From the IMG/VR virus record IMGVR_UViG_3300034375_013642, positions 1-54,269 of that record: a stretch of DNA of 54,269 nucleotides; one strand, given 5' to 3'. The position numbers were made by a program, and so were the translations under genes. The notes under the pieces were generated by a model. It had not been told where the DNA came from. It saw nothing but the letters and a program-made list of their open reading frames with translations, and made no database searches. Positions 1 through 8,457 of the stretch are shown piece after piece. The first letter of the stretch is position 1. Every line of letters starts with the position of its first letter. Source of the stretch: a virus. Lineage: Duplodnaviria; Caudoviricetes.

Positions 1-20
1 ATGCGGCGTTATCGTTTTGA

Positions 21-94
21 GGCCGGTTGGCAGAGTGGTTATGCAGCGGATTGCAAATCCGTGTACGCCGGTTCGATTCCGACATCGGCCTCCA
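21..94 (+). tRNA. tRNA-Cys (GCA); probable prophage integration site
   Basis: GGCCGGT/ATCGGCC acceptor stem, anticodon arm GCGGA-TTGCAAA-TCCGT, TTCGATT T-loop, encoded CCA end; adjacent to the integrase. Confidence 0.95.
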
Positions 95-99
95 GTATC

Positions 100-134
100 A
101 AAGCCCCGCAGGCTCTAGCCTCCGGGGCTTTTTT
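100..134 (+). terminator. Intrinsic terminator after the tRNA (possibly bidirectional)
   Basis: AAAGCCCC...GGGGCTTT followed by a T-run. Confidence 0.8.
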
Positions 135-152
135 ACGTCTGCCGGAAATGAC

Positions 153-189
153 CGCGTCCCAAAACTTTTGGGGTCGCGTCCCAAAACTT
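153..189. repeat. 15-bp direct repeat CGCGTCCCAAAACTT x2; putative integrase arm-type sites
   Basis: Exact copies at 153-167 and 175-189, between the tRNA and the integrase stop. Confidence 0.7.
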
Positions 190-192
190 CTG

Positions 193-1242
193 TTATTTGG
201 AAGGCTTCACGATGGCGCCGACCCGGCGATAAACCCGCTCGGTGATCTGCTCTTTCGTGTGGCCCAGCAGCATGCTGGCGTCGGTCAGGTCTAGGATTTC
301 GCTGGCCGCCTTGGGGCGGATGTCGCGGAATTGGAACTGGCGGATACGAACCGCTAGCTCAGCATCGCCCATCTCATCTGCCGTTAGGGCTGCTGCGTTT
401 CTAGCATCATCCCAACGGTTGCGCAGCATGGCTCTGGACACCCGCAGGCCCCGCCTGTTGAGGATCAGAAACGAGGAGGGGTGCTCCGCATTGCCCGCCG
501 CGATCCGCTCGAGCAGGATACCAAGAGAGTTCGGCTTGCCATCTGACTGGGTCTGGATGCGCAGACGCTTGCTGGTTTTGCCCTGGCTGACAAGCAGGTG
601 GCCATCGACAACGTCGTCGCGGCGCATGCTGAGCACGTCGGCCGGGCGCTGACCCGTCAGGTACGCCAGATCCATTGCATCGCGCAGTTCATGGCAGGCC
701 TCTTTGTAAACAGCTGCCCACACGGCATCGTTTGCGTAATAGTCGCGGATCTTCTCTTTGTTCTTGCGCACACCTTGGCAGGGGTTCGCCTGTTCGCACA
801 GCCCCCATTCACGCGCGATGTTGAAGACATGCGAGAGAAGAGCGATTTCTCGGTTAGCCCGCGTCTTTGCCGAGCGGGCGTCCCTGTATTGGGCAATCAT
901 CGCCGGGGTAATTGCCTCAATGGGCGCTTCATCGAAAACGGGCCGCAGCTTCCTGAGCTCTGCGGCGTTGTCCTGCTGGGTGCGTGGCGATTTGCCTGGA
1001 ATGATGTCGCGCTCGTATCGGTCGAATATAGCCTTCATCAGCTTCAGGTCGCCCGGCGCTTCGCGAGCCTCCAGTTCCGCCCAGCGCAGTCGGGCCTTGT
1101 TCAGATCGCCGCCCAGCGAAATGTCCTTCCCATCCGGCCCGCGATAAAAATAGCTGACCCAGACTTTCCCGTTCTTGCGCAATCGAGAGCGGCGATACAT
1201 GTTGATGGGAAGGTTGCGGTTCTCTGGCTTACGCGGGCGCAT
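193..1242 (-). CDS. int: Tyrosine recombinase / phage integrase
   Basis: LTGQRPAD, FRDIRPK, LLGH and RVYRR catalytic motifs; N-terminal arm-binding domain. Confidence 0.95.
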   Translation of the reverse strand: MRPRKPENRNLPINMYRRSRLRKNGKVWVSYFYRGPDGKDISLGGDLNKARLRWAELEAREAPGDLKLMKAIFDRYERDIIPGKSPRTQQDNAAELRKLRPVFDEAPIEAITPAMIAQYRDARSAKTRANREIALLSHVFNIAREWGLCEQANPCQGVRKNKEKIRDYYANDAVWAAVYKEACHELRDAMDLAYLTGQRPADVLSMRRDDVVDGHLLVSQGKTSKRLRIQTQSDGKPNSLGILLERIAAGNAEHPSSFLILNRRGLRVSRAMLRNRWDDARNAAALTADEMGDAELAVRIRQFQFRDIRPKAASEILDLTDASMLLGHTKEQITERVYRRVGAIVKPSK

Positions 1243-1243
1243 A

Positions 1244-1469
1244 TCAGCTCACTTTGGAAAAATCGGGGGTCCATACCTGTTTAGGGTGGGGGCTCAGCAG
1301 TAGGCGCGCCAAGCTGTTGTCTGGCGTACTGCCGCCCTACGAGCGGGCGTCTTCCGCGGCTTTCGATGTAATGCCAGCCGTGGCTGTTGAGCCAACGGCG
1401 TTGCCATGCTCGCGCTTGGTAGCCGGTGATCATCGCCAGCTCTTCGTCGGAAAGAATTTCGCTTTCCAT
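1244..1469 (-). pseudogene. Excisionase-like (DUF4224-type) protein, frameshifted near the C-terminus
   Basis: MESEILSDEELAMITGY... with strong SD; stops at 1281, while the adjacent frame continues KQVWTPDFSKVS* to 1 nt before the int ATG. Confidence 0.7.
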
Positions 1470-1595
1470 GGGCAAATCTCCTCCCTCCCGCATTCGGGTG
1501 GGCAACAGTGGGGTGATGGTTGTAACTGCGGGCTCGCTGCAGCTACCCTTGCTCAACTGCGGACAATAGGGCCGCAACAACGAAGGGATATCGAA

Positions 1596-2060
1596 GTGAC
1601 CGCTACCGCTGAAATGCTTTTCAACATTCAAAAGTTTCAGGTGTTATCGCTATACGTCAGCGATTCTCAACGCAATGTGACCGACGCATATGCGTACGCA
1701 TGGGATGCAGGTGTGTATCCGATTGCCAGCGATGCAGCCGCCTGGCACAAACCCTTCGGCGAGTGCTTCGAGGTAGGCGAGGAACAGATGTCTGAGCTAG
1801 CAACGTTTCTCGACGAACGCTGGACCTCCAAATCTCCAATCAGCTTCTACGAGCTGGAGGATCACTATGGCATCAGCGGTAGCGCTCGGCCGGGGGCAGA
1901 TTGGGAGCGAGGGACGCTAGTTGCTGCGTGCCGTTACCTCAAGCTTGAAGGCTGGTTCGACGACGAGTTCTGGGCAGGCGTGGTGGGCCACTCAGATTGC
2001 CCTTCTGAATCTCACTGCGTACGCAGGGAGTTCCGTCCGAGCGACATATATTTCCTATAG
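1596..2060 (+). CDS. Hypothetical protein (moron, opposite strand to the early operon)
   Basis: GTG at 1596 with AAGGGA SD (alternative ATG 1614); protein-like, Trp/acidic-rich composition. Confidence 0.7.
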   Translation: MTATAEMLFNIQKFQVLSLYVSDSQRNVTDAYAYAWDAGVYPIASDAAAWHKPFGECFEVGEEQMSELATFLDERWTSKSPISFYELEDHYGISGSARPGADWERGTLVAACRYLKLEGWFDDEFWAGVVGHSDCPSESHCVRREFRPSDIYFL

Positions 2061-2107
2061 CGGGTCGCAAGGCAGGGGTGGTGGCTCACGATTGATGGTG
2101 GCGTGAG

Positions 2108-2626
2108 TCAGAACAGACTGAACGTGACGCCTATCGGGACGCTTTCCGGTGCTGGCCGGGGCGGCGGCATCTGCCGCGCTACGCGCTTGGCCTCCGGTAC
2201 CGCTGAACCGACGCGCAGCGCGGGCGGAATCGGCCGCGGATTGAATGACGCGGCCAGCGCCGGGCCGTTGTCGAAGTCCTGCCAGGCGTCGATCAGATCC
2301 CAGCGGCCCTCGAAGTATGAAGGCCGCTCGATGGCGTAGCCGCCGGTGGCAAACCGGACCCGTATCAGTCCGGTACCGGCTGGCCGCTGCTCGATCGGCG
2401 TCCACGGCGGTCCGTCGATCGGTGCGGGCTCCGCGGGCGTTTCCTCGGTCATGGCCAGGAACAGGCGCTGCGACTCGTTGCCGACGGCGATCAGCTGGCC
2501 GTGGACGGTCAGGGTGCCGTAGTCGTTGCGCCCGCAGGCCTTGCACACCTGGTACTCGAACACGATGCCGGCTTTCGTATCGACCGACTTGGCGTCTTTG
2601 GGGGAGCCGCCGCATTTACATTCCAT
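2108..2626 (-). CDS. Hypothetical phage protein with N-terminal CxC...CxxC putative Zn ribbon
   Basis: 172-aa ORF overlapping the upstream gene stop. Confidence 0.65.
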   Translation of the reverse strand: MECKCGGSPKDAKSVDTKAGIVFEYQVCKACGRNDYGTLTVHGQLIAVGNESQRLFLAMTEETPAEPAPIDGPPWTPIEQRPAGTGLIRVRFATGGYAIERPSYFEGRWDLIDAWQDFDNGPALAASFNPRPIPPALRVGSAVPEAKRVARQMPPPRPAPESVPIGVTFSLF

Positions 2627-3374
2627 TGGCCGGTACCACGCGCTCGAACTCGACGACCCAAACCCAAGGGTTCGCGTCCCAATTGCCGCCAGTGGTCAGC
2701 CAGAGGTCGCGGAATGCCGCCTCGGGGTACTTGTGGCAGGCGCCGCCCTCGTCGGTAGCCGACCACATGCGGTTGTGACGGTGGATGCCCTCGGCCGCGG
2801 CCTGCTCGTAGGTAATGTCCTGCAAGCGCTCGACCCGCACCGCGGTGATTTCGAGCTGGATCCGCGAAGCCCAGCGGGGCATATGGATGCTTGGCCGCCA
2901 GGTTCCTTCGTATTGCATGTCGTCGGTGTCCGGCTTCCAGTAGGCCTTGTCGGGAATCTGGCGAAGCCCGTAATCGCCGACAGGGCAGGAGGCTCTGTAG
3001 ATCCGCGCCGCATTGCGCTCGTCGCCGCGCACCATGTTGTCGTTCCAGTCGATACCGACACCATCCTCATTGCCCAGCAGGGCGAACGTTTCGCGCACCC
3101 ATAGCCGATCGCCAGGCTGGCCGAAGGGGCTGACGCCGTGCTCGCCAAGCTCCAGCGCACAGGCTTCCTCGGTTTCGCCGAACACGCAGTAGCCATATCG
3201 CGGGTGGCGCTGCCCGATAGCGCTCCAGCGCATGCCGGCGACGGTGGCCGAGGGATCTAGCGTAGGGATCTGGCCGCCCTTGACGAGGCGCCTTGTCACC
3301 GTCTTGCGGCCGTCGAGAATCGCGCGAACCATGGCGCCGTTGAACAGTATCGGGCGTTCCTTTTTTGCGGACAT
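2616..3374 (-). CDS. ASCH/PUA-like domain phage protein
   Basis: ERPILFNGAMVRAILDGRKTVTRR, PGDRLWVRE, WRPSIHMPRWASRI, NPWVWVVEF; GGAG SD. Confidence 0.85.
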   Translation of the reverse strand: MSAKKERPILFNGAMVRAILDGRKTVTRRLVKGGQIPTLDPSATVAGMRWSAIGQRHPRYGYCVFGETEEACALELGEHGVSPFGQPGDRLWVRETFALLGNEDGVGIDWNDNMVRGDERNAARIYRASCPVGDYGLRQIPDKAYWKPDTDDMQYEGTWRPSIHMPRWASRIQLEITAVRVERLQDITYEQAAAEGIHRHNRMWSATDEGGACHKYPEAAFRDLWLTTGGNWDANPWVWVVEFERVVPANGM

Positions 3375-3519
3375 AGGGTCTCCATGCCGCCGGCTGACCG
3401 GCGGTGCTATGTGATATTGCGCCCCAATCCAATTTGAAGAGGCGTACCGGGGTGGCGTCCGAGGCGGCAATGGGGTATTGGTTTGCGCCGGCATCTGGCC
3501 GGCCTTGAGGATGGGAAAA

Positions 3520-3876
3520 ATGAGTGACGTAGCGCGAATCAGGCTTTACTTCGGAATCTGTCTTACCTTGCTAATAATCGCAGCCATCGCACCTCTCGCT
3601 TCGGTCTGGTGGTTTGATGTCTTCAAGCCAGCAGATGAGTCTTTAGGCGACTGGTTCTCGCGAAGTGGTGCGATCACAACGATTTTCTCGTTACTGGTCA
3701 CTTCGGTGAGCAGCGAAGCTCTGAGGGGGCTCGTGATTCCAGGAACGATGCCTGACCTGGACAAGATCGGGCTGTATAACGAGTTTGAGCCGCGTTTTTC
3801 CTGGTGTGAAAAGTTGGCGCTTGTGATGACGATTCTAGGTACCTTTGTATGGGGCTATGGATCGATGATGCTCTGA
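3520..3876 (+). CDS. Small membrane protein, about 3 TM (moron)
   Basis: Three hydrophobic segments, lower GC; alternative ATG 3511. Confidence 0.7.
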   Translation: MSDVARIRLYFGICLTLLIIAAIAPLASVWWFDVFKPADESLGDWFSRSGAITTIFSLLVTSVSSEALRGLVIPGTMPDLDKIGLYNEFEPRFSWCEKLALVMTILGTFVWGYGSMML

Positions 3877-4068
3877 GTTACGCAGCGTCCATCGCCTGCT
3901 CAGCCTCGATCCGATCAATAGCCTGGCTAACTTCCCGCCTTTCGGCATGGGGGGGTTGGCCAGATGCGCTCGGTCCAAAGCTAACCAGCAGGTAGGCCGT
4001 CATTTTCAAGGTTACGGTGCAAGCGCAATGGCATAATTGCGGCTTTCATGACCTAGGAGTGCCGAAGC

Positions 4069-4374
4069 ATGCAGATTGACTTAAACGAACCGGGTGCCCT
4101 GACGCTTCAGTCGGTGAAGCAGTTGATAGCTTCGGTTGGAGACTCTACTCACACTCAACTCCGCGTCAGAGACGATGGAGTTGCCTATATCTCGAACACA
4201 GCAATTGGAAACATTGATACCGATGGGTTGGCGTTTAGACTCGAAACTTGGTGCGCAGGGAACGATTACGTCGGCTTACGTGCCGCTAGTGATGCCGATT
4301 GGGTAAACAGGATTTATACGGTTCTTCAAGAGAACTGGCCTAAGCCGTCATGCAGCTTCATCGACATCTACTAA
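4069..4374 (+). CDS. Hypothetical protein (moron)
   Basis: AGGAG SD, 101 aa, lower GC; TTCAAG...CATAAT promoter-like sequence upstream. Confidence 0.8.
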   Translation: MQIDLNEPGALTLQSVKQLIASVGDSTHTQLRVRDDGVAYISNTAIGNIDTDGLAFRLETWCAGNDYVGLRAASDADWVNRIYTVLQENWPKPSCSFIDIY

Positions 4375-4380
4375 CTAATC

Positions 4381-5388
4381 CTATGCTGCAGGCTCGATGA
4401 TGACATTGACCGGCTCCCAGCCGGACTCGCACAGCCCGTAGGCGCTTGAGCACGCAGTGCCGTCAAGTGCTTCGGTTATGAAGTCGAATTGCCGGCCGCC
4501 GCGTGCGGTCTGCGCCCAATCGATCATGCGATCGATGCCATGGGTCTGATGGGTGATCCGGTCGGTCTTCCTGACCGTCGGATCATTCACCGCTGCGAAG
4601 AACGTCGCCGCGCCGCGCTTGCTAGCGAGGCTCACCAAGCGTTCCCACTCTCGCACCCGAGCTACCTGGTCAGGCCAGCGCAGCGCGATTTCGCGTAGTT
4701 CGTCTTTGGACGCGTTGACGCATGGCATGCAGCCCACCCGGCCGCAGCCTTGAAGGTAGAGCGGGTTCGGCTTGATGCCGGCTAGGCGGTGCGCCTCGAA
4801 CACGTCCGAGACATTCCAGCGCAGAATGGGGCGGTAGTTAAAAAGCCCGCCACCCACTTCATCGACTGCCTTCACACACGCGCCTGTTCCCTGAAGCCGC
4901 TTGCGGCGTGCGCCGCTTTCGTCCAGCCGCACGCCTTGCCAAGAAAGTAGCATGCTCTCGCCGTCCATCAGCGGCATGAAGACCTCGGTGATGATCGGGT
5001 CGCGCTTGAGCTCGTCGGTGCAGAACTGCGCACGTCGCGATGGGAAGCGTCCTTTCCAAAGGCACAGGTCAAGGTATGGACTGCCGGTCGGGTGTAGCAC
5101 CTCGAGAGCGGCCAGCACGGTGGTTTCGGGCACGCCCTGTTCGCGCCACTTCGTCTCAACAAACTGCCGCTTGCGGCCAATCTGCTCGGAAAAGTCGGCG
5201 CGCACCCAGCGGATCGGCACGCCCGTGGCTTCGGCCAGGTAATGCAGGTAGTCGTAGGTTTCGGGATGCTCATGGCCGGTGTCAGCGAACACTGCATGCA
5301 GGTTCGGAACTTCAAGCGCCTGCGCTAGTAGCAGCAACGCTGTTGAGTCTTTGCCGCCGCTGACGCTGACGACGTTGTGCTCTGTCAT
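4381..5388 (-). CDS. PAPS reductase (CysH/DndC-like) family protein
   Basis: SVSGGKDS PP-loop, FADTGHE, QFCT, GVRLDES, RVGCMPC Cys cluster. Confidence 0.9.
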   Translation of the reverse strand: MTEHNVVSVSGGKDSTALLLLAQALEVPNLHAVFADTGHEHPETYDYLHYLAEATGVPIRWVRADFSEQIGRKRQFVETKWREQGVPETTVLAALEVLHPTGSPYLDLCLWKGRFPSRRAQFCTDELKRDPIITEVFMPLMDGESMLLSWQGVRLDESGARRKRLQGTGACVKAVDEVGGGLFNYRPILRWNVSDVFEAHRLAGIKPNPLYLQGCGRVGCMPCVNASKDELREIALRWPDQVARVREWERLVSLASKRGAATFFAAVNDPTVRKTDRITHQTHGIDRMIDWAQTARGGRQFDFITEALDGTACSSAYGLCESGWEPVNVIIEPAA

Positions 5389-5423
5389 GCAGTGCTCCGT
5401 TAGGCGTCGCCGGGAGTACCCTA

Positions 5424-5445
5424 GGCGCTGCCTTCGATCGTTGTG
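5424..5445. repeat. 22-bp intergenic repeat, copy 1 (copy 2 at 6884-6905)
   Basis: GGCGCTGCCTTCGATCGTTGTG versus GGCGCGGCCTTCGATGGTTGTG, 20/22 identical. Confidence 0.75.
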
Positions 5446-5562
5446 GTGAGAGTTACGCCGCGATGGGCCGATGTAGCTATGCGCCCAGCCGATGGGTAGT
5501 CAGCTGGCGGCTTTGTTCGAAGTGAGGTATTTGTATCCACCCTGTTGAGTGAGGTAGTTGAG

Positions 5563-5823
5563 ATGAAGGACAGTCACGACAATCAGCGAGAAGTCGCGGC
5601 ACAAATAGCGCTACGAGCTGGCGCTCTTGCCGAATGTGAGATGCATGGGGAGGTGTTGGATAACGATTCCCGTGAGGAGGCTAATAAGCTCGGAAATATG
5701 CTGTTCGACACGGAGTTCCGCGGTGTATTTAGATCCCGTAGAGAGATGACGGACCTGATAAAGGACGTTATTGATGATGCCGGTTGGGAGTGCGGTGCTT
5801 GCGACCGCAACCTCAACGACTGA
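5563..5823 (+). CDS. Hypothetical acidic protein with CxxH/CxxC putative Zn site (moron)
   Basis: GAGGT SD; CEMH and CGAC motifs. Confidence 0.7.
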   Translation: MKDSHDNQREVAAQIALRAGALAECEMHGEVLDNDSREEANKLGNMLFDTEFRGVFRSRREMTDLIKDVIDDAGWECGACDRNLND

Positions 5824-5875
5824 CCTCAATAACGGCACGTCCAGTTGGTACTTGTGATGTAGGGCGCGACAGCCG

Positions 5876-6883
5876 CTACGTCGAGGCGCGCTTGAGCTGA
5901 TCGGTCAGCTGGGTGGGCAGGTTGCGGATGGTCAGCATGTCGCGCGCCTGGTCGAACTCGACTTTCGAGCCCAGCAGATGCGACTCAAAGCTGATCGACA
6001 ACCCATCGGTCCGGCCGGTGAAGCGGCGGAACTGGTTGAGGGTGCGCTTATCCGCCGGAATCTCTGGCGACAAACCGTAGTCCTTGTTGCGGACGTGGTC
6101 GTAGAAGGCCTTGGGCCGCTCTTCGTCGAGCAGGCCGGACAGCTCCTCAAGCGTGATCGCCTCGCCTATCTTGGCCTGAGCGGTGGCGTAGTCGACCAGC
6201 GTCGCCGTCTTCATGCGGGCCTGGTCTTCCGCCAGATCTTCGCTTTCCACGTAGTCGCTGAAGGCCTTGAGCAGGGTGCGCGTCTCGCCCGGGCCGTCGA
6301 TGCCTTCCTGGCAGCCGATAAAGTCGCGGAAGTACTCCGAGACTTTCCGGCCCTGCTTGCCTTTGAGGTAGGACACGTACTGGCGGGACTTTTCGTTGTT
6401 GCGCCACTCGCTGAGGTTGATGCGCGCCGCCAGGTGCAGCTGGCTGAAATCCAGATGCTTGGTGGGCGCGACGTCCAGCGCTTCGCCAACGGTTACGCCA
6501 TCGCTGTGGTGCAGCATGGCGATGGCCATGTAGTCCGTCATGCCTTGCTGATAGTGAGCAAACAGCACGTGGCCGCCGGTGGAGAGGTTGGATTCTTCCA
6601 TCAACTTCTGCAGGTGCTCGACGGCTAGGCGACTGAACCCGGCGAAGTTACAGGCGCCGTCCAGGTACTCGCCCAGCCAGCGGCTAAACGGGTACGCGCC
6701 CGACTCTGGGTGGAAGAAGCCCCAGCCCTTGCCGGGTTTGGCGTTATAGCTCTCGTTGAGATCGGCCATCAGATTCTCGATGGCCTCCGATGCGCTTAGT
6801 TCGCTATCGCGAACGTGAAGCACGGCTGGCGTGCCGTCGGGTTTCTTGTCGATCTGGTGAATGATGCTTTGGCAGATAGGCAT
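5876..6883 (-). CDS. yejK: Nucleoid-associated protein YejK/NdpA homolog
   Basis: [58 protein letters not shown]. Confidence 0.9.
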   Translation of the reverse strand: MPICQSIIHQIDKKPDGTPAVLHVRDSELSASEAIENLMADLNESYNAKPGKGWGFFHPESGAYPFSRWLGEYLDGACNFAGFSRLAVEHLQKLMEESNLSTGGHVLFAHYQQGMTDYMAIAMLHHSDGVTVGEALDVAPTKHLDFSQLHLAARINLSEWRNNEKSRQYVSYLKGKQGRKVSEYFRDFIGCQEGIDGPGETRTLLKAFSDYVESEDLAEDQARMKTATLVDYATAQAKIGEAITLEELSGLLDEERPKAFYDHVRNKDYGLSPEIPADKRTLNQFRRFTGRTDGLSISFESHLLGSKVEFDQARDMLTIRNLPTQLTDQLKRAST

Positions 6884-6935
6884 GGCGCGGCCTTCGATGG
6901 TTGTGTCGGTAAGGGAAGGTGAGCTGGGGGGCTGA

Positions 6936-7703
6936 TCAGTCGTACAGGCCGTACGAAAATTTGTCTTCGCCGCAATCGATAACCAGTTGCGCAGCCCCGA
7001 AATACAGGCCCGCCACCAGGCGTTCCCATTGGTTTCGAATGCTGAAGCTCTTGCCGATCGGCTTGCCCTCCAACTGGGCGGCATAAACCTTGCCGACTGG
7101 ATTGCCATGCTCATCTTTATTCGAGCCATCACGCGACCAGCTGACATGGATGGCATTGTCGAGCTGGTAATCCGAACGCTCACTGCGTGAAAGGTAGCTA
7201 CTGCCGTGGTGCGACGATTCCGGCTCCTTATCGAAGAAGATATGCATGCCGCCATACTCGCTTTCGCGGAAGCGAACCTCGGGATGCTCCCAGCGTTCCT
7301 CTGTAGCGCTTTCTTTGTGGTCGTCGATGAATGCCTCAATGAGGCCTCGCAGCGATACGACCGCTGGAATAGCGTTCTCCTTCAGCGCCTCTTCCATCGC
7401 CTCATTGGCGCGCCGCAGCATGTCGCCTTCGATGCCGCTGGATAGCCATTGCTCGCGCATCGAGTTGGCTATCAGCGCGTTATAGCGGGTCAGCTCGAAC
7501 GTGTCGCTGATGTTGCCTGGCATGGCGGCCTTGATAGCCTCATGCACCTGCTTGCCCATGTCGCCATAGCTGCGGAAGGCGTCTTTGATTAGGTCTTTGA
7601 ACATGGTTTCGACTGATGCGTCGATGATTTCGCGGGGACGATCGCTTGCTGCGAACTCCGAAACGCGCTCACACAAAAGCGCCTGCAGTGTTTGCTGGGT
7701 CAT
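6936..7703 (-). CDS. Hypothetical phage protein
   Basis: 255-aa ORF with AGGA SD, co-oriented with the operon. Confidence 0.8.
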   Translation of the reverse strand: MTQQTLQALLCERVSEFAASDRPREIIDASVETMFKDLIKDAFRSYGDMGKQVHEAIKAAMPGNISDTFELTRYNALIANSMREQWLSSGIEGDMLRRANEAMEEALKENAIPAVVSLRGLIEAFIDDHKESATEERWEHPEVRFRESEYGGMHIFFDKEPESSHHGSSYLSRSERSDYQLDNAIHVSWSRDGSNKDEHGNPVGKVYAAQLEGKPIGKSFSIRNQWERLVAGLYFGAAQLVIDCGEDKFSYGLYD

Positions 7704-7750
7704 ATTGGCTTTTCCTAAACAGTTTCGTGACAGGAGGCTGTGACGGGGGG

Positions 7751-8011
7751 TTACGGTGTTCTGATTTGGTCGGCGTACACAGCTGGAGTCTGCTGGCTCA
7801 GCCGGTGGGCGCCATGAATCAAGCGGGTGATGAAGTCTTGCGGCTCGTCGATCCCGGCCTGCTCCATCATTTCCACCAGTTTGGCGTCGGTGCCCTTGAA
7901 GAGGTCCAGCTTGATCGAGCGGGAGAGAAGGCGAGCCAGGCGCTGCTCTTCTGCAAGGCGGTCGCGCTCGCGCTTATCGCGCTGGCGATCGGCGGCGGAC
8001 TTGGCTGTCAT
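7751..8011 (-). CDS. Small basic phage protein, possibly DNA-binding
   Basis: MTAKSAADRQRDKRER; ATGA overlap with the upstream gene. Confidence 0.75.
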   Translation of the reverse strand: MTAKSAADRQRDKRERDRLAEEQRLARLLSRSIKLDLFKGTDAKLVEMMEQAGIDEPQDFITRLIHGAHRLSQQTPAVYADQIRTP

Positions 8012-8406
8012 GCGCGGCACCGGCCGTCGTCGCGCAGCTCGATGCCGAACTTCGCGGCGATCTGCTCGACCATGATGGAGTTGAGCTTGCTGCCTTGGCC
8101 TTTCAGGGCCTTGTATATCTCGTACGAGGTTCGGCGGATGGGGCCAAGCTCCGTCTGGATGACGGCGAGGTCGGCGATGGTCTTGGCCAGCTCAGCCTGG
8201 CGGTGCTCGTATTCGCGCCGCGCCTTGTTTTGGCGGCTGATACTGGTATTCCAGCAGGACACCTTCTGCGGGGCGCATTCGGTATGACCGAGGCGAGTGA
8301 TCTTTCCGCCGCTAGCGAGGAAAGCGCCGACCTGAATGACCAGGGCGCGACGGTCCGTCTCCCGACCAGGTGGAGTCGGAAGGTTGAGTGTGGTGAGGTG
8401 ATGCAT
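8008..8406 (-). CDS. Hypothetical phage protein
   Basis: AFLASGGKITRL motif; GGAG SD. Confidence 0.75.
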   Translation of the reverse strand: MHHLTTLNLPTPPGRETDRRALVIQVGAFLASGGKITRLGHTECAPQKVSCWNTSISRQNKARREYEHRQAELAKTIADLAVIQTELGPIRRTSYEIYKALKGQGSKLNSIMVEQIAAKFGIELRDDGRCRA

Positions 8407-8457
8407 GGTGAGTCTCCGTCAGGGCGCCCTGGGTGGACGCCGAATCGGGTGGCGGGG

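Noticed and set aside
1-294. ORFs 1..294 and 27..245
   Set aside because: They overlap the tRNA, terminator and integrase end; spurious
6884-7339. 152-aa N-terminal extension of YejK in the ORF track
   Set aside because: Overlaps the real 6936..7703 gene; family similarity begins at MPICQ (6883)
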